DNA of 64,000 nt, taken from contig OX337229.1 in NCBI GenBank assembly GCA_946965045.2, positions 2,666,001 to 2,730,000 on the forward strand. Direction: 5' to 3'. A program made the translations under genes and the position numbers. Positions 20,764-31,173 of the stretch are shown here, piece by piece. Every line of letters starts with the position of its first letter. Position 1 is the stretch's first letter. The stretch comes from Epithemia pelagica (Eukaryota > Protista > Bacillariophyta). The notes under the pieces were generated by a model. That model was not told the origin of the DNA. It was given only the letters and a program-made list of their open reading frames with translations, and ran no database searches.

Positions 20764-22497
20764 TTATCCCTGACTCAACACCTTGCGGAGCCGCTCCAAA
20801 ACGACAGAATCCACGGTGGTGCCAGTTTTGGGTCCACGAGCAAATTTTCGTACTGTTTCCACCAATTTCTGCATATCGTCTTGTGGGAGATCCTCGTGCA
20901 AGGCGACCAGCACTTGAAAGTTACAAAGAAGTTCAAGCAACTGTGCAAATGAAGACGAGGACTGTGCATCTTGAACCGCTTGCAGCAACGACTTGCGCAT
21001 CTTTTTCGTAAGCTGAGAAGGATTGGCACTCTTCACTCCACTATTGCTTGCTCCTTTACCCACAAAACGACCCTGTTGTTGCAACAACGCCGTGTTGACC
21101 AAACACAAGACGGAGTCCAATGTCGATGTTTCTCGTCCATCAACCAAAATGGGGTGCCTTGTAGCTACAAATCGATGTGGCTTCGAAGGAGACTCGTTCC
21201 CTTCATTCTTGTTCTTGCTGTTCGAATTCAAAACTAACATCTCTTCTGAGACCATTTGTACCGCCACGTCACTGAATTGAAAGGCTTCTGTTGCTCCCGT
21301 AGGTCCGTGCATGGCAACAGTGACAAAACGTTGGCCATCTTCACGACCAAAGTGTTTCATACAGGCAATTTGTAGCTTTGCACCTGTCTGTACATCCACT
21401 CCATATACCGGCAGGGCACCACCATGATCGTTCTCCTCCTTGTCCGTGGTTGCCTTATCATGATCGGATCGATCTTCTGGGTAACTGTATATCCATCCGA
21501 TGGGTGCGATTCCCAACCATTTTGCAATCAGCAACACTTGAGGATACTTGTCCATGAAATGGAGCAGCTCGAAGGCGTTGTAACACTGATTGGATGGTGA
21601 TTGTTTGTTGCGTTTGGATTGCGGCTATGGTGGTTCCCAGACTGCTTGTACCTTGGCTGCATGGCAATATTCTTCACTTTCTGTTGTGCTGGACAAGGAT
21701 GTTTTGGCACGAACCTTTTTGGGATTGCGTCGTTCTCGATGAATGGTCCCCAACAAGAGCGCAACACGTGGAACCGACACAGTTTTTGTTGTAGTTTTAC
21801 CATCCTTGGAGGATACTTGTTGTTGCTGCTTCGAAGCTGTGGCAAAGCGCTCCGCCACAGTAGGGCACAAGTACAAGCGTAATAAGGATGCCGTCGGTTG
21901 AGCCTCTACCACATGAAGTGCTCTGTGCAACTCGGATAAATCGGCAAAGGACAATTGTCCTCCACTCCTTTTTCGGCGTTCCACTTGCCGGAGCGTCGTA
22001 CGATAATCTTTGGCAATATCAGGATATGGATCCCAGCGATCCGAGGACGAACCTGTAGTTGGCCCTGGTTTTGCACTCTTCTTCTTTTGTTCCAACCCTC
22101 CTCCTTTCGTCTTTTCGTCAGATGTCGCTATTGTAAGGAGAGATCCATGCCGAATCCCCAGTTCCTCCAGGCTCTTTTGTTTCAGAGTCTCCAAATCATC
22201 ATCCCCTTCTTTTACGGATTCCAAAGAGTCGCCATTGAGTGTGACACAAATGTTTCCAAACTTGAGAACACAGTGTTGTGACGAGGATGCGGAAGATGCA
22301 GCTGGTAAATGTCTCTGCTTCAACAAATCTGAAAGCGTCATCGACGATGTAGTCTGGCCCTCGTCAAACTGAATCCTTTGAATTGAACCATCCATTTGTC
22401 GTATTCGAAGGACCAAGGGTGTCGTTGTGGCCGTTGTTGTGGCCGCCCAGAACAACAAGGATAGCAGGACGACAGACACAAAGTGCGAGTGCGACAT
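20764..22497 (-). CDS. NPL4: Npl4-like ERAD cofactor with N-terminal signal peptide (candidate periplastid SELMA sNpl4), interrupted by an in-frame TAG at 21625-21627
   Basis: Signal peptide MSHSHFVSVVLLSLLFWAAT, UBL-like LVLRIRQMDGS, MPN-type RVALLLG...AVWEPP, WLGIAPIGWIYS, ATEAFQFSD. ORFs 21625-22659 and 20764-21555 are in the same frame, separated by TAG plus 23 sense codons. Confidence 0.75.
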
Positions 22498-22860
22498 CTT
22501 TTGCCGAAGATCCAATCGAAATTTCCTTGCGTTGCAAAACCTCGGACACGAAGGGAGCGGCATTGCAAAAGAATGGATCATTGTCATGAGTTCTGCAGTT
22601 TGTTGCAGATCGGTTTTATGATCCATCAACAGAAAAGATCGTTGGTTGACATGCGCCACGTGGAGCCTGCAGATTGTGTCACGAAGTTTCTTACTCGTCC
22701 GCGGTTTTCATGTAAATCACAACCAAATTTTCTATTTTATTATATTTTCTAGCCACTGGGTATTGTTAGCGTGATTGGAAGGAAGCATTGCTTTTTGCGT
22801 GACAATGAACCTGCCCCTCTCTAAAGTCGAAATCCAGCAAACAATACCCATGAACCAAAT

Positions 22861-24720
22861 ATGGCGAATGGCAATACGTCTCCCTCATCGTTGCGAGATC
22901 GTATTTTGGATATTATTGCCCAGTGTCCCGATCGAGCCATCCGTCCAGCTCGTTTGGCGGCAGAAGTGGGTGATTTGAGTGTTGAAGATGCCACAGCCGA
23001 ATTGTGTAGTGTCATGGCTGCTGTGGGACCGGGTGCCACCTTCTTTTTCGAAAGACAAGACAGTTCCAATCAAGACAATGTGGATCCTTTGGAAGTAACG
23101 CAGAAACAACAGCAAAAACCTTCTCCCGTCATGGTATTTTCCTTCCCATCCGACTTTCGAATACGGGCACAACGAGCCAAACGGGTTCAAGATTGGAAGG
23201 AACAGCTCAACGTGATTCTGGTGTGGATCTGGAAGGTGACTCAAATTCTCACAGCGTTGGGCTTGATTTTGTCCTTGTTGATCTTGTCCGTCGCTGCCAT
23301 GCTGGCCTTTGTGGCTGCCTTGATTGCTCTGCAACGAGGTGGAAATCATCACCAACGCGGTGGTGGAGGAGGGGGCATACTATCGCAACATCACCGAGTG
23401 CTTTTCTTGCGTCAAATACAACATATTTGCTTTTCCTTACGGGAGCTTCTATGGTGCTATGCCATGTTCGGACCCGATATTCATTATAGTGGCGAAGACG
23501 AGGAGGATGGAGTACCACGTCGTGACCCCTTTTTGCGAGAAATGGCCTATGATTTGGCTCTTATATCCTCTGTTTGCTGCGGTCGTGCAGGATCCATCTT
23601 TTATTGGTGGCGAGTCCAACAATTGTCGCAACGTCGACACCGGATTTTACGAGGATGGAGACGCGACCATGATTATAGTAGTGACAATGATGATCACGAG
23701 GTCGAAGGTGTCACTTTGATTCGACCACGACAAACACAGTGGACGGATGATACGTCGTCATTGCGTCAAACGCAACAGCATATTTCAGAACAGCCTCAAG
23801 AGCATCGCGGAGTTTTGTCCGTGGCAGTAGAATTCTTGTTTGGACCGCCCCATGAGAAGCAACAGCAACAGCAAGAACGACAACGCAAATGGAAATTGCG
23901 GGCAGCCTTTTTGGTACGACAATCGATGGCCGACCACAGTAAGGATGAGACGGATGTCACTGTTCTTGGTGGCGTGTCTTTGGAACAAATGAGCCCGTAT
24001 ACAGACCATCCGCCTTCCCCATTGGTGCTGTTCAAGGACTCTACGGCAGTTGTCGGAGAGAACCAAAATTCGCGACATGCCATGGACTTGGCAACACAAG
24101 GGCTTGTCATCGTGTCTCATTTTCACGGTGTTCCTCTATTGCCACCCTCGGTCCAACAACCCAGCAATATATTGCAATCGCGATTTCGATTTCCCGAACT
24201 TGTTTCGGAAAGTGCAATTGCTTTACAGCATGATGAAAACAGTTCTGATACTGCCAGTCCAATGGATTTTGCCTCGTTTCTCTGTTCCCATCCTCAAGCC
24301 ATCCAGTCTCCTGGCAACAGAACGAACGAGTTGACTGACGATTTCCCCGCCTTTTATTACGAACCCGAACGGCCCTTTACCAAGTTGACCTTGCCCCAAT
24401 TCATGTCATGCGTCACCTTGGGAGTATTGAATTTTGTTGGTGTCCTTTGGTTTCGACAAGCAACTGGTGAAGGAGGTGTAATGAATGAAGTGGTGGAATT
24501 TCAAGCTTTGACAAAAATGTTGCGACATTCATTGGTACCAGTGCTCTGGTTTTATGCGCGTCTCTTTTGGCTCTTGGCCCTTTCTCGATTGGTGTACCTT
24601 CTTCTTTGCAATCGTCGGATTCGACAGGGAAATCGAAATCGGCAAGCCTGGGCTCTCGTTCTGCAACAACAGACGAAAAACACCACTTCGAACAATGGTA
24701 AAGAAGCTGCCCATTGCTAA
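22861..24720 (+). CDS. Membrane protein resembling the At5g03900 family
   Basis: N-terminal winged-helix-like segment, VFSFP.DFR, transmembrane segment, EFLFG, GGVSLEQMSPY, RFRFPEL, LGVLNFVGV, as recalled for that family. Confidence 0.65.
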   Translation: MANGNTSPSSLRDRILDIIAQCPDRAIRPARLAAEVGDLSVEDATAELCSVMAAVGPGATFFFERQDSSNQDNVDPLEVTQKQQQKPSPVMVFSFPSDFRIRAQRAKRVQDWKEQLNVILVWIWKVTQILTALGLILSLLILSVAAMLAFVAALIALQRGGNHHQRGGGGGGILSQHHRVLFLRQIQHICFSLRELLWCYAMFGPDIHYSGEDEEDGVPRRDPFLREMAYDLALISSVCCGRAGSIFYWWRVQQLSQRRHRILRGWRRDHDYSSDNDDHEVEGVTLIRPRQTQWTDDTSSLRQTQQHISEQPQEHRGVLSVAVEFLFGPPHEKQQQQQERQRKWKLRAAFLVRQSMADHSKDETDVTVLGGVSLEQMSPYTDHPPSPLVLFKDSTAVVGENQNSRHAMDLATQGLVIVSHFHGVPLLPPSVQQPSNILQSRFRFPELVSESAIALQHDENSSDTASPMDFASFLCSHPQAIQSPGNRTNELTDDFPAFYYEPERPFTKLTLPQFMSCVTLGVLNFVGVLWFRQATGEGGVMNEVVEFQALTKMLRHSLVPVLWFYARLFWLLALSRLVYLLLCNRRIRQGNRNRQAWALVLQQQTKNTTSNNGKEAAHC

Positions 24721-24963
24721 AGATGCGGGAGAAGATCAGTGTGTATCCAACGTTTTTCTCTATCTCGCAAAATGCAAATCTTAGCAGGGACCATGGAAGC
24801 TTATAAGACGAATCTTCCGTAAGTGGCTGTGTTCCTTCTTAAGTTCCAGCAAGAGAAGAGCCAACTTGTTCTTTTCTACTTGGTCCTGTAGTGTTCTCTT
24901 GTGTTGACATCTGGTTCAAAGGAACAACATGACTACGAGAATCCATTCTCGTCGAAGCGCTCG

Positions 24964-25740
24964 TCAGAGCCCGTAACTTTCCAGCAGCAACGCCTTCTTC
25001 ATTTTGAACCGACGCTGTGCCATTTCTTCTTGATTGGGAAGCAATACCGATAAATAATCTCCAACCGTGGATGGGCCTTTGTCGTCAGTTCGCTGTCGTT
25101 TAGGCGGAGGATCTCCTTCTCGGCCTCTTGGGGCGTTACTAGAGTCTGCCAAAGCTTCCAATTCCAACAATACACCATCTTCCTCATCCCGCCATCCATA
25201 ATAATCAGGGGTAAGATTCTTGTAGGTGTCTCGTTGCAACGATTTTTTTGTCAATCGCTCTTCCTCCTTGGCCAAGAATTCTTTCACGCCCGGCAATTGC
25301 TTGGCCACACCAAAATAACGATAGCCACCTCCTCCCGAGGCTGTTTGTGCGGTTCCTTCACTTCCACCAGCGCCATACGCTCCTCCCGCTTGTTCCATTT
25401 GTCGTTGTTTTTCCAAGGCGTTGAAGTCAAGGCCACCTAGTTCGAGTATCCGTTTGTTCCAGTGCCATTTTTCTCGTAATTTGCGATTGATTTCATCGTT
25501 TAAATCACGAACTTCGTGTTCTGGTAGAGCTGGATTTTGGATTTTGGCAATCCCATTGGTTATCTCTCGAATGATTTGACCTCGAAAACGTTCGGCATCG
25601 GCCAAATGATGACATTCCGACGCCAGATGCGGTCGTCTCTGCCTTCGACGGTCCTCTCCCGCCGCTGGCGTGTTGCCCTTTTCTCGCAGGGCAACCCATT
25701 TGTTTAGCATGGCTCGGGCCTTCTCCGCTGGACGTGCCAT
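24964..25740 (-). CDS. ISY1: Pre-mRNA splicing factor ISY1
   Basis: MARPAEKARAMLNKW, RRPHLASEC, KIQN..L.E..VRDLNDEINRKLREKWHW, YRYFGVAKQLPGVKE. Confidence 0.95.
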   Translation of the reverse strand: MARPAEKARAMLNKWVALREKGNTPAAGEDRRRQRRPHLASECHHLADAERFRGQIIREITNGIAKIQNPALPEHEVRDLNDEINRKLREKWHWNKRILELGGLDFNALEKQRQMEQAGGAYGAGGSEGTAQTASGGGGYRYFGVAKQLPGVKEFLAKEEERLTKKSLQRDTYKNLTPDYYGWRDEEDGVLLELEALADSSNAPRGREGDPPPKRQRTDDKGPSTVGDYLSVLLPNQEEMAQRRFKMKKALLLESYGL

Positions 25741-25983
25741 GATCAAGGACGATTATCAAGTGATATATGAAAATGTAAATGGACCGCAAACGGAATTTTT
25801 GTGTGGGTGCTCCGTAATGAAGGATTCTGGTCGCAGTTTTCTTCCATGCCGCATTTCGCCCGTTTTCAGAGAGTTTTTCTGATAGTTTCTGGTTTCTCAA
25901 GAACTCACTGACGATCAGAAGCACTTTCTGCTACTTTGGATATATCTTCAAAAGACGAGTCCCTGTGAATCTTTCAGTTCCGT

Positions 25984-27288
25984 GTGACTGTTGAACAGCA
26001 AGCTTTGACCATGACAACCACCGTTTTGAGGTTTCTTGGTGATCTTGCGCACACATTTGCCCTATGGATACTGTTGCATCGATTGGTGATTGTCAAAAAT
26101 GCTCAGGGGGTATCTAGAGAAACCCAAGTCCTCTTGTTGATGGTTTGTGGCACTCGATATCTGGATCTATTTACGGATTATTATGGTGTATACAACTCCT
26201 TCCTCAAGATTTTCCTCACCACCTCGACACTGTCCATACTTTATATTTTGTCCCCCTTTTCGGGTCACCCAGCCCACCATACATATCGGAGTGACCAGGA
26301 CGATGCCGGGGGAATATCATGGATTCGAGCCAAGTACATTGCGCCGACTTGCTTTGTTCTCGCGACCTTAATTATGATATTGGGACCGCCCCCAATCAAA
26401 CATGGTGGCTCCTTCAGGCCTTTGCTCGACTTTCTGTACATATTTTCTGTTGTTCTGGAACCAGTGGCGATATTACCTCAAATTTTGATGTTTCGTCGAT
26501 ATCGGCAAGTCGAGAGTTTGACTGGTGGTGCCTTCATCTTTCTGTTTGGCGTGTACCGAGCATTCTACATGATCAATTGGGTGTGTCGAGTCGCGACATC
26601 AAGATATTTTCAAACCTATTTTCAATATCATCACTTCCTTATCTACAGTTGCGGTTTGATTCATGTTGCAATCTGCATGGGTGGGATCTTTGCCCGGAAC
26701 GAATCGGAAACCGGGGACGCTCCCCTATTACCGCAGCTGGTGGAATTTTTCAAAGCATTGCCATCTCTGGAATTCCTCTACGTTACGTTAGGGTCTTTTG
26801 CCGTTTCTGCCGTCTTGACAATGTTTGTCCTTTTCCCCGAAATGATTGCCGCGGTTCTTCCTGTTTTGGTGTTCGCCAGCTTGTGGTATCTGTTCAAGAA
26901 GTACCATTCAGAACTGGGTCTCAATTATGAAGACAATTCCGATTCCGAAGAAGAAAATAATGAAGTCATTACATCCCACAGAGAAGACTCCGACTCCAAC
27001 CAACCATCTCAAAGATACGGTAGAGGCAAATCTACATCGAAGGCAGCGTTAATGTTTCTACGGAGTGGTTCAACTGCTCCCTTGGCAGGAGTCATGTCCT
27101 TCCTCCGAAGCCATGCTTCCACAAGCGACATTGCAGAACAGCATGCACGCGATGACGACGAGGACGTTAACTCCATGGAGCATGACCTTTCACCAATCGA
27201 CCAACAACAACCGCTCCTTGTGGCACATGATGGGAGACCGAATCAAAATGAAAACGGGGACAATGGCGTCGAGCTCTCGAAAGTGTAA
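25984..27288 (+). CDS. ERD2: ER lumen protein-retaining receptor (KDEL receptor/ERD2)-like protein with C-terminal extension
   Basis: RFLGDLAH, GVSRETQ, RYLDLF, LEPVAILPQ, GVYRAFYMINW. Probable ATG at 26011. Confidence 0.85.
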   Translation: MTVEQQALTMTTTVLRFLGDLAHTFALWILLHRLVIVKNAQGVSRETQVLLLMVCGTRYLDLFTDYYGVYNSFLKIFLTTSTLSILYILSPFSGHPAHHTYRSDQDDAGGISWIRAKYIAPTCFVLATLIMILGPPPIKHGGSFRPLLDFLYIFSVVLEPVAILPQILMFRRYRQVESLTGGAFIFLFGVYRAFYMINWVCRVATSRYFQTYFQYHHFLIYSCGLIHVAICMGGIFARNESETGDAPLLPQLVEFFKALPSLEFLYVTLGSFAVSAVLTMFVLFPEMIAAVLPVLVFASLWYLFKKYHSELGLNYEDNSDSEEENNEVITSHREDSDSNQPSQRYGRGKSTSKAALMFLRSGSTAPLAGVMSFLRSHASTSDIAEQHARDDDEDVNSMEHDLSPIDQQQPLLVAHDGRPNQNENGDNGVELSKV

Positions 27289-27936
27289 CTCCATTGTCTC
27301 TGGCGTGATCTCCATGCACTACCCTTGAACATGTACAGCGCCTCACACCCCGAAAAAATTTTTATCGGAGAGCACCAATTTGAGCCCTATTGTTCTTCCT
27401 CGTCGTAGGTTCGTTGAGAATGACAGACCTGCTGGCGAACAGCAGAGTCAAAGGTCAAAGTGTTCAACAAGCATGGGAGTAGGTGTAGCTGAAGAAATCC
27501 GGTATAGCGGCTACCTGTGTTAAGAGTTTCGCAACGTATGCGCACGTCTCGTTCCGCGACTCATACGCGTAGGCCTTTTTTGGTCTTGTGTACAAAAGAC
27601 AATAATTAATATTGGTAGGTCTGACTCACGGGAGTCGCAGTCAGATTCTGCAAGTCACACTCAAGCCTCAGTGTTATTTCCGGCATTTGCCATGCTCTGT
27701 TCCTATATGAAGGCCCAAGGCTTATATCCAACAAGCATCAGGGCAATACATTTGAATCACGGAGGACCCATTAAGGTCTTAAGTATTCGTCTCATTTCAG
27801 ATGCCCATCAAACTCGTCTCACAATTTTGGTGGAGAATTTGGCAAGTGAAGACCCAGTTCCGGGGTACAAACAGGTTCCGATTTCCGATGATGCTACGTC
27901 CTCCCTGCAACGCTTTGCTCCTACATCTCAAGACGC

Positions 27937-28902
27937 GTGCTCAAGCAAGATGGACCAGAGAGAATGGGTCCGTCTACGAAAGAAATAAAGGCAATGGTTC
28001 CATCTCCGAACGATGTTGGAGTAGCACCTACGGATAGCCAACTGAACGACATTATCGACGAAAAACAGAAATCGAAACATGGTCGGAAGAAGAAAGAGAG
28101 GAAAAGCGAAAGAAAGAAAAAGCGAAAGGAAAAAAGAGCGCACAAGGCGAATTCTAAGGAAATGGAAACAATTGTCGCAGCACCATATCTGTCGGACGCC
28201 GAAAAAAGCACCTCGCGGCCAAAAACCAACGGTCACAATGAGAAAATGCGATCGTCATCCTCGCTTCCCAGCCGACGGAAAAGATCATCGTCTCTGAAGG
28301 ACGAGACTCGCTCTGAAAAAACGAGCAAAAATCACAAAGCGTCCTCGAGCCCGAAAAGAAAAGTTTCGTCAAAAGGAATTGTGACGTCCATTGAGAAAAA
28401 GAATAGATCAAAGGCGAGTCGCAAGACTTTGCCGTCCGCTGTCAAAGACCAAATTTTCAACATGCGTCCAATCCTTCCTACGATGGACGATGGGTCATTG
28501 GATGGAGATGAGCATAGTGAGTTCGAGGAGGAAGATACCACCAGCGTCATACTAGATTTGATCGTTCATGACCGTAAAACAGGAGCGATCGGCCGTAAGA
28601 ACGCTTTGCTTCAAGAGGAGAACCACCGGAGCGCACCCACCCTTGTTTACACCATGGATAGCTTTTCAGAAGAAGAGAAGAACGACGAGAGACTTCATAT
28701 GTATTCCTCAATGAGCCAAATTGATTTCAGGGACAATGACAACTGGAATGCTTCTCTGGCAACAGTGTTGGTTGAACTCACGGAAAGCGAAATGGACAAT
28801 GACAGTGTTCTGTTCGAATCATCTGTAAGCAGCGAAGGATACGGTGGTCGCAGTGATATTCAAGATATTCTTGAACCGCCAAAGATTCTTTCTATTCCTT
28901 AG
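27937..28902 (+). CDS. Hypothetical Lys/Ser-rich low-complexity protein
   Basis: 321-aa ATG ORF with a basic N-half and acidic C-half; no recognisable domain. Confidence 0.6.
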   Translation: MLKQDGPERMGPSTKEIKAMVPSPNDVGVAPTDSQLNDIIDEKQKSKHGRKKKERKSERKKKRKEKRAHKANSKEMETIVAAPYLSDAEKSTSRPKTNGHNEKMRSSSSLPSRRKRSSSLKDETRSEKTSKNHKASSSPKRKVSSKGIVTSIEKKNRSKASRKTLPSAVKDQIFNMRPILPTMDDGSLDGDEHSEFEEEDTTSVILDLIVHDRKTGAIGRKNALLQEENHRSAPTLVYTMDSFSEEEKNDERLHMYSSMSQIDFRDNDNWNASLATVLVELTESEMDNDSVLFESSVSSEGYGGRSDIQDILEPPKILSIP

Positions 28903-29401
28903 GTAGTCTCATAGTGGGATCAATGCTGGAAAATTCATTATCATCCTATCAAAGGCATTCGCTCGAGATCGGGATATGAGGACTAGAAACTCATGCGGTA
29001 AACCACGAGCTGCGTCTGCATACATGAGAAGAAAGAATGCTTGTCAGGGTTGGCATCAGGGCTGACTTGTTTATTCAATGGGAAGGATGTGGTGCCGGTC
29101 CTACTGTTTTTTCGGGTCCCGCTGACAGGACACGTAGTCCCTCCGAAAATAAGGGCTATTGGGCTTTCGATTTGGCTGGAAGACCGCATTAAAGAGGAGC
29201 ATTCATTGATGAGGTTGCAGGAGAGCACTGCTCCTAGCACCGCAAAGCTGAACAAGACCCATATATGCATTAGGTTTGCCATCCCGATACTCGATACTCG
29301 CTACTCTACTCTCCAAATAGCTATGCCTCGTAGACTCTCTATATGGTAGGGAGTATCTAACCCGGAGAATCGCCAGGCAATTTGGACCACAAGAAGAGAC
29401 C

Positions 29402-29998
29402 ATGACGAGCAACATGAGGTTCAGGGTCGACATGTGCTCCTTGTACGTCGCGCTGGTAATTTCCTGCTTAATGACACTCAGTCAGTCTTTCTGGGTTGCA
29501 CATCCAACGCTGCCGAGAACACATGGTCATACAACTGGCGGACTTGGAAGTCCCTCGAACCGCCGACTTGATGATTCTCTGTTAACAGGATTGAGTACGA
29601 ACGGAAGCAACGAGAATGAGCTTATCCAAATTAAAGAAATGGATGACTTGATCTGGTCTCTGTCGCTGGAACCAAATGATAAAGAACGACGTGATAGACT
29701 GGCTGCCGTCTTTGCCCAGAAATTCGATGACTACTACTTCTGCAACTTGTTTGATCGACAACTGACCTTGATGGGAGATCAAGTGAAAGCACGAGCAGCA
29801 GAAGCAGCTGCAGCAGTAGCAGCAGCATCCGATAATGACGAAAATTCATCAGTGGAAGAAGGAGGAGGTTCAGACGGAAGTTCCATGTCTGCTGGTCAAG
29901 AAAAGCTACCAGAAGTCAAGCAACTATGGGCACTCATTGACTTGATGATTCAAAAGAAAACGTTGGTGAAAAGAGCGCGTGAGGCCGGTAAGACGTGA
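29402..29998 (+). CDS. Hypothetical protein with bipartite plastid-targeting-like presequence
   Basis: Hydrophobic signal followed by SQS-F (ASAF-like) and a hydroxylated/basic transit-like stretch; C-terminus LWALIDLMIQ.KTL. Confidence 0.65.
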   Translation: MTSNMRFRVDMCSLYVALVISCLMTLSQSFWVAHPTLPRTHGHTTGGLGSPSNRRLDDSLLTGLSTNGSNENELIQIKEMDDLIWSLSLEPNDKERRDRLAAVFAQKFDDYYFCNLFDRQLTLMGDQVKARAAEAAAAVAAASDNDENSSVEEGGGSDGSSMSAGQEKLPEVKQLWALIDLMIQKKTLVKRAREAGKT

Positions 29999-31173
29999 GA
30001 TTCTATTGATGGTTCGGGCTACGGCAGTAGAGCTTCGGAGACCAGTTTGTGGATTTCGTGGTCCGTTTGAAAACTTCCGGTTTGAGATCCGTTACATTGC
30101 AAATGTCAACTTAGGATCTCTGGTGCAACCACAGCAAGCTCAAAGTCATAGTATAGCTCAACGACTAATTTCGCAGCAGTCTGTTCCTTCAGGTTTACGT
30201 CTCTACAAGCATGATTGACTCTGGTTTCATAGAGATGGTCAGGCTACCTTCGATGCATGTCATCGAGTCGCGAAAAGCTTTAAGTCGAGCCCATCGATTC
30301 TTCCGGATTTTGATATTTTGTTTGAAGAATATCCAGGAAGAAATGTGGATCTAGCTAGAAACTGGATTTCGCATTGCTCAGCCGAGAAACTGAAGTTTCG
30401 GACCTAAGGATTCGAATGCTTGAATCTGAAGATGTGGGGCTTTTGTTCGCCGGTATCCCGCACTCGGCGGATATGGCGACCTGGTCTCACATACAAGAAT
30501 GTCTGGTTTTGCGTAATCATTTGCTCCTGAAGTCACCCTTCTTTTTACGTGCCAGGGTTCTGGTCTGCTTCATCGTCACTGTCCTGATGACGGTATGACT
30601 CGCGGAGCGAATTGAGGAAGGCATCAGTCCATCTGTTTGCGCTGACCTGATGGATGCGGTTGCATCAAAATCGAATTTGAGACAATTGGAGCTGGTCGAG
30701 TTCAATGGTAACTCGGCGGCAGAACTCCTGTCCCTACTTTTTAGGCCCATTGTGGATCTGGGGTCGCTTGAGCTCTTTGAAAGCAGCGTATGACACAAGA
30801 AGGACAATCAACGCCTTCTTTCGTGGAGTTCGCTCTGGAACTTTCGTTTGGCCTTGACAATTTTGGACGCACCTGACTTCGGCACGAGAAATGGACACTT
30901 CACCACATCCGGCCTACAAGTCATGACCGAAATACGATGTGCTTTCAATACAAGTTGAAATCTTCAATGTTTGTACATGGAGACCGCTGGGCATCAACTG
31001 GATCCATTGGTCTGCATGAGGTTGTGCAAAAGACGCTCCATCCTATGATAAATAGATAATAGTTTGGTCGTACAACCCAAAGGTGGGTAATCATACAAAA
31101 TCGTAGAAGACACTTTGATCCAATGATTATCGAGTAAAACTTTGGTAGCTCTCGCCACACGAACGAATACATT

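Noticed and set aside
3461-21627. Alternative genetic code (UAA/UAG = Gln), suggested by stops at likely Gln positions in E1 and Npl4
   Set aside because: Long Gln-rich ORFs (COG3, SMYD, P450) contain no internal UAR; TAA and TAG terminate normal genes; the other premature stops (49304, 55666) fall at Ile/Leu and Cys positions. Point mutations or errors are sufficient.
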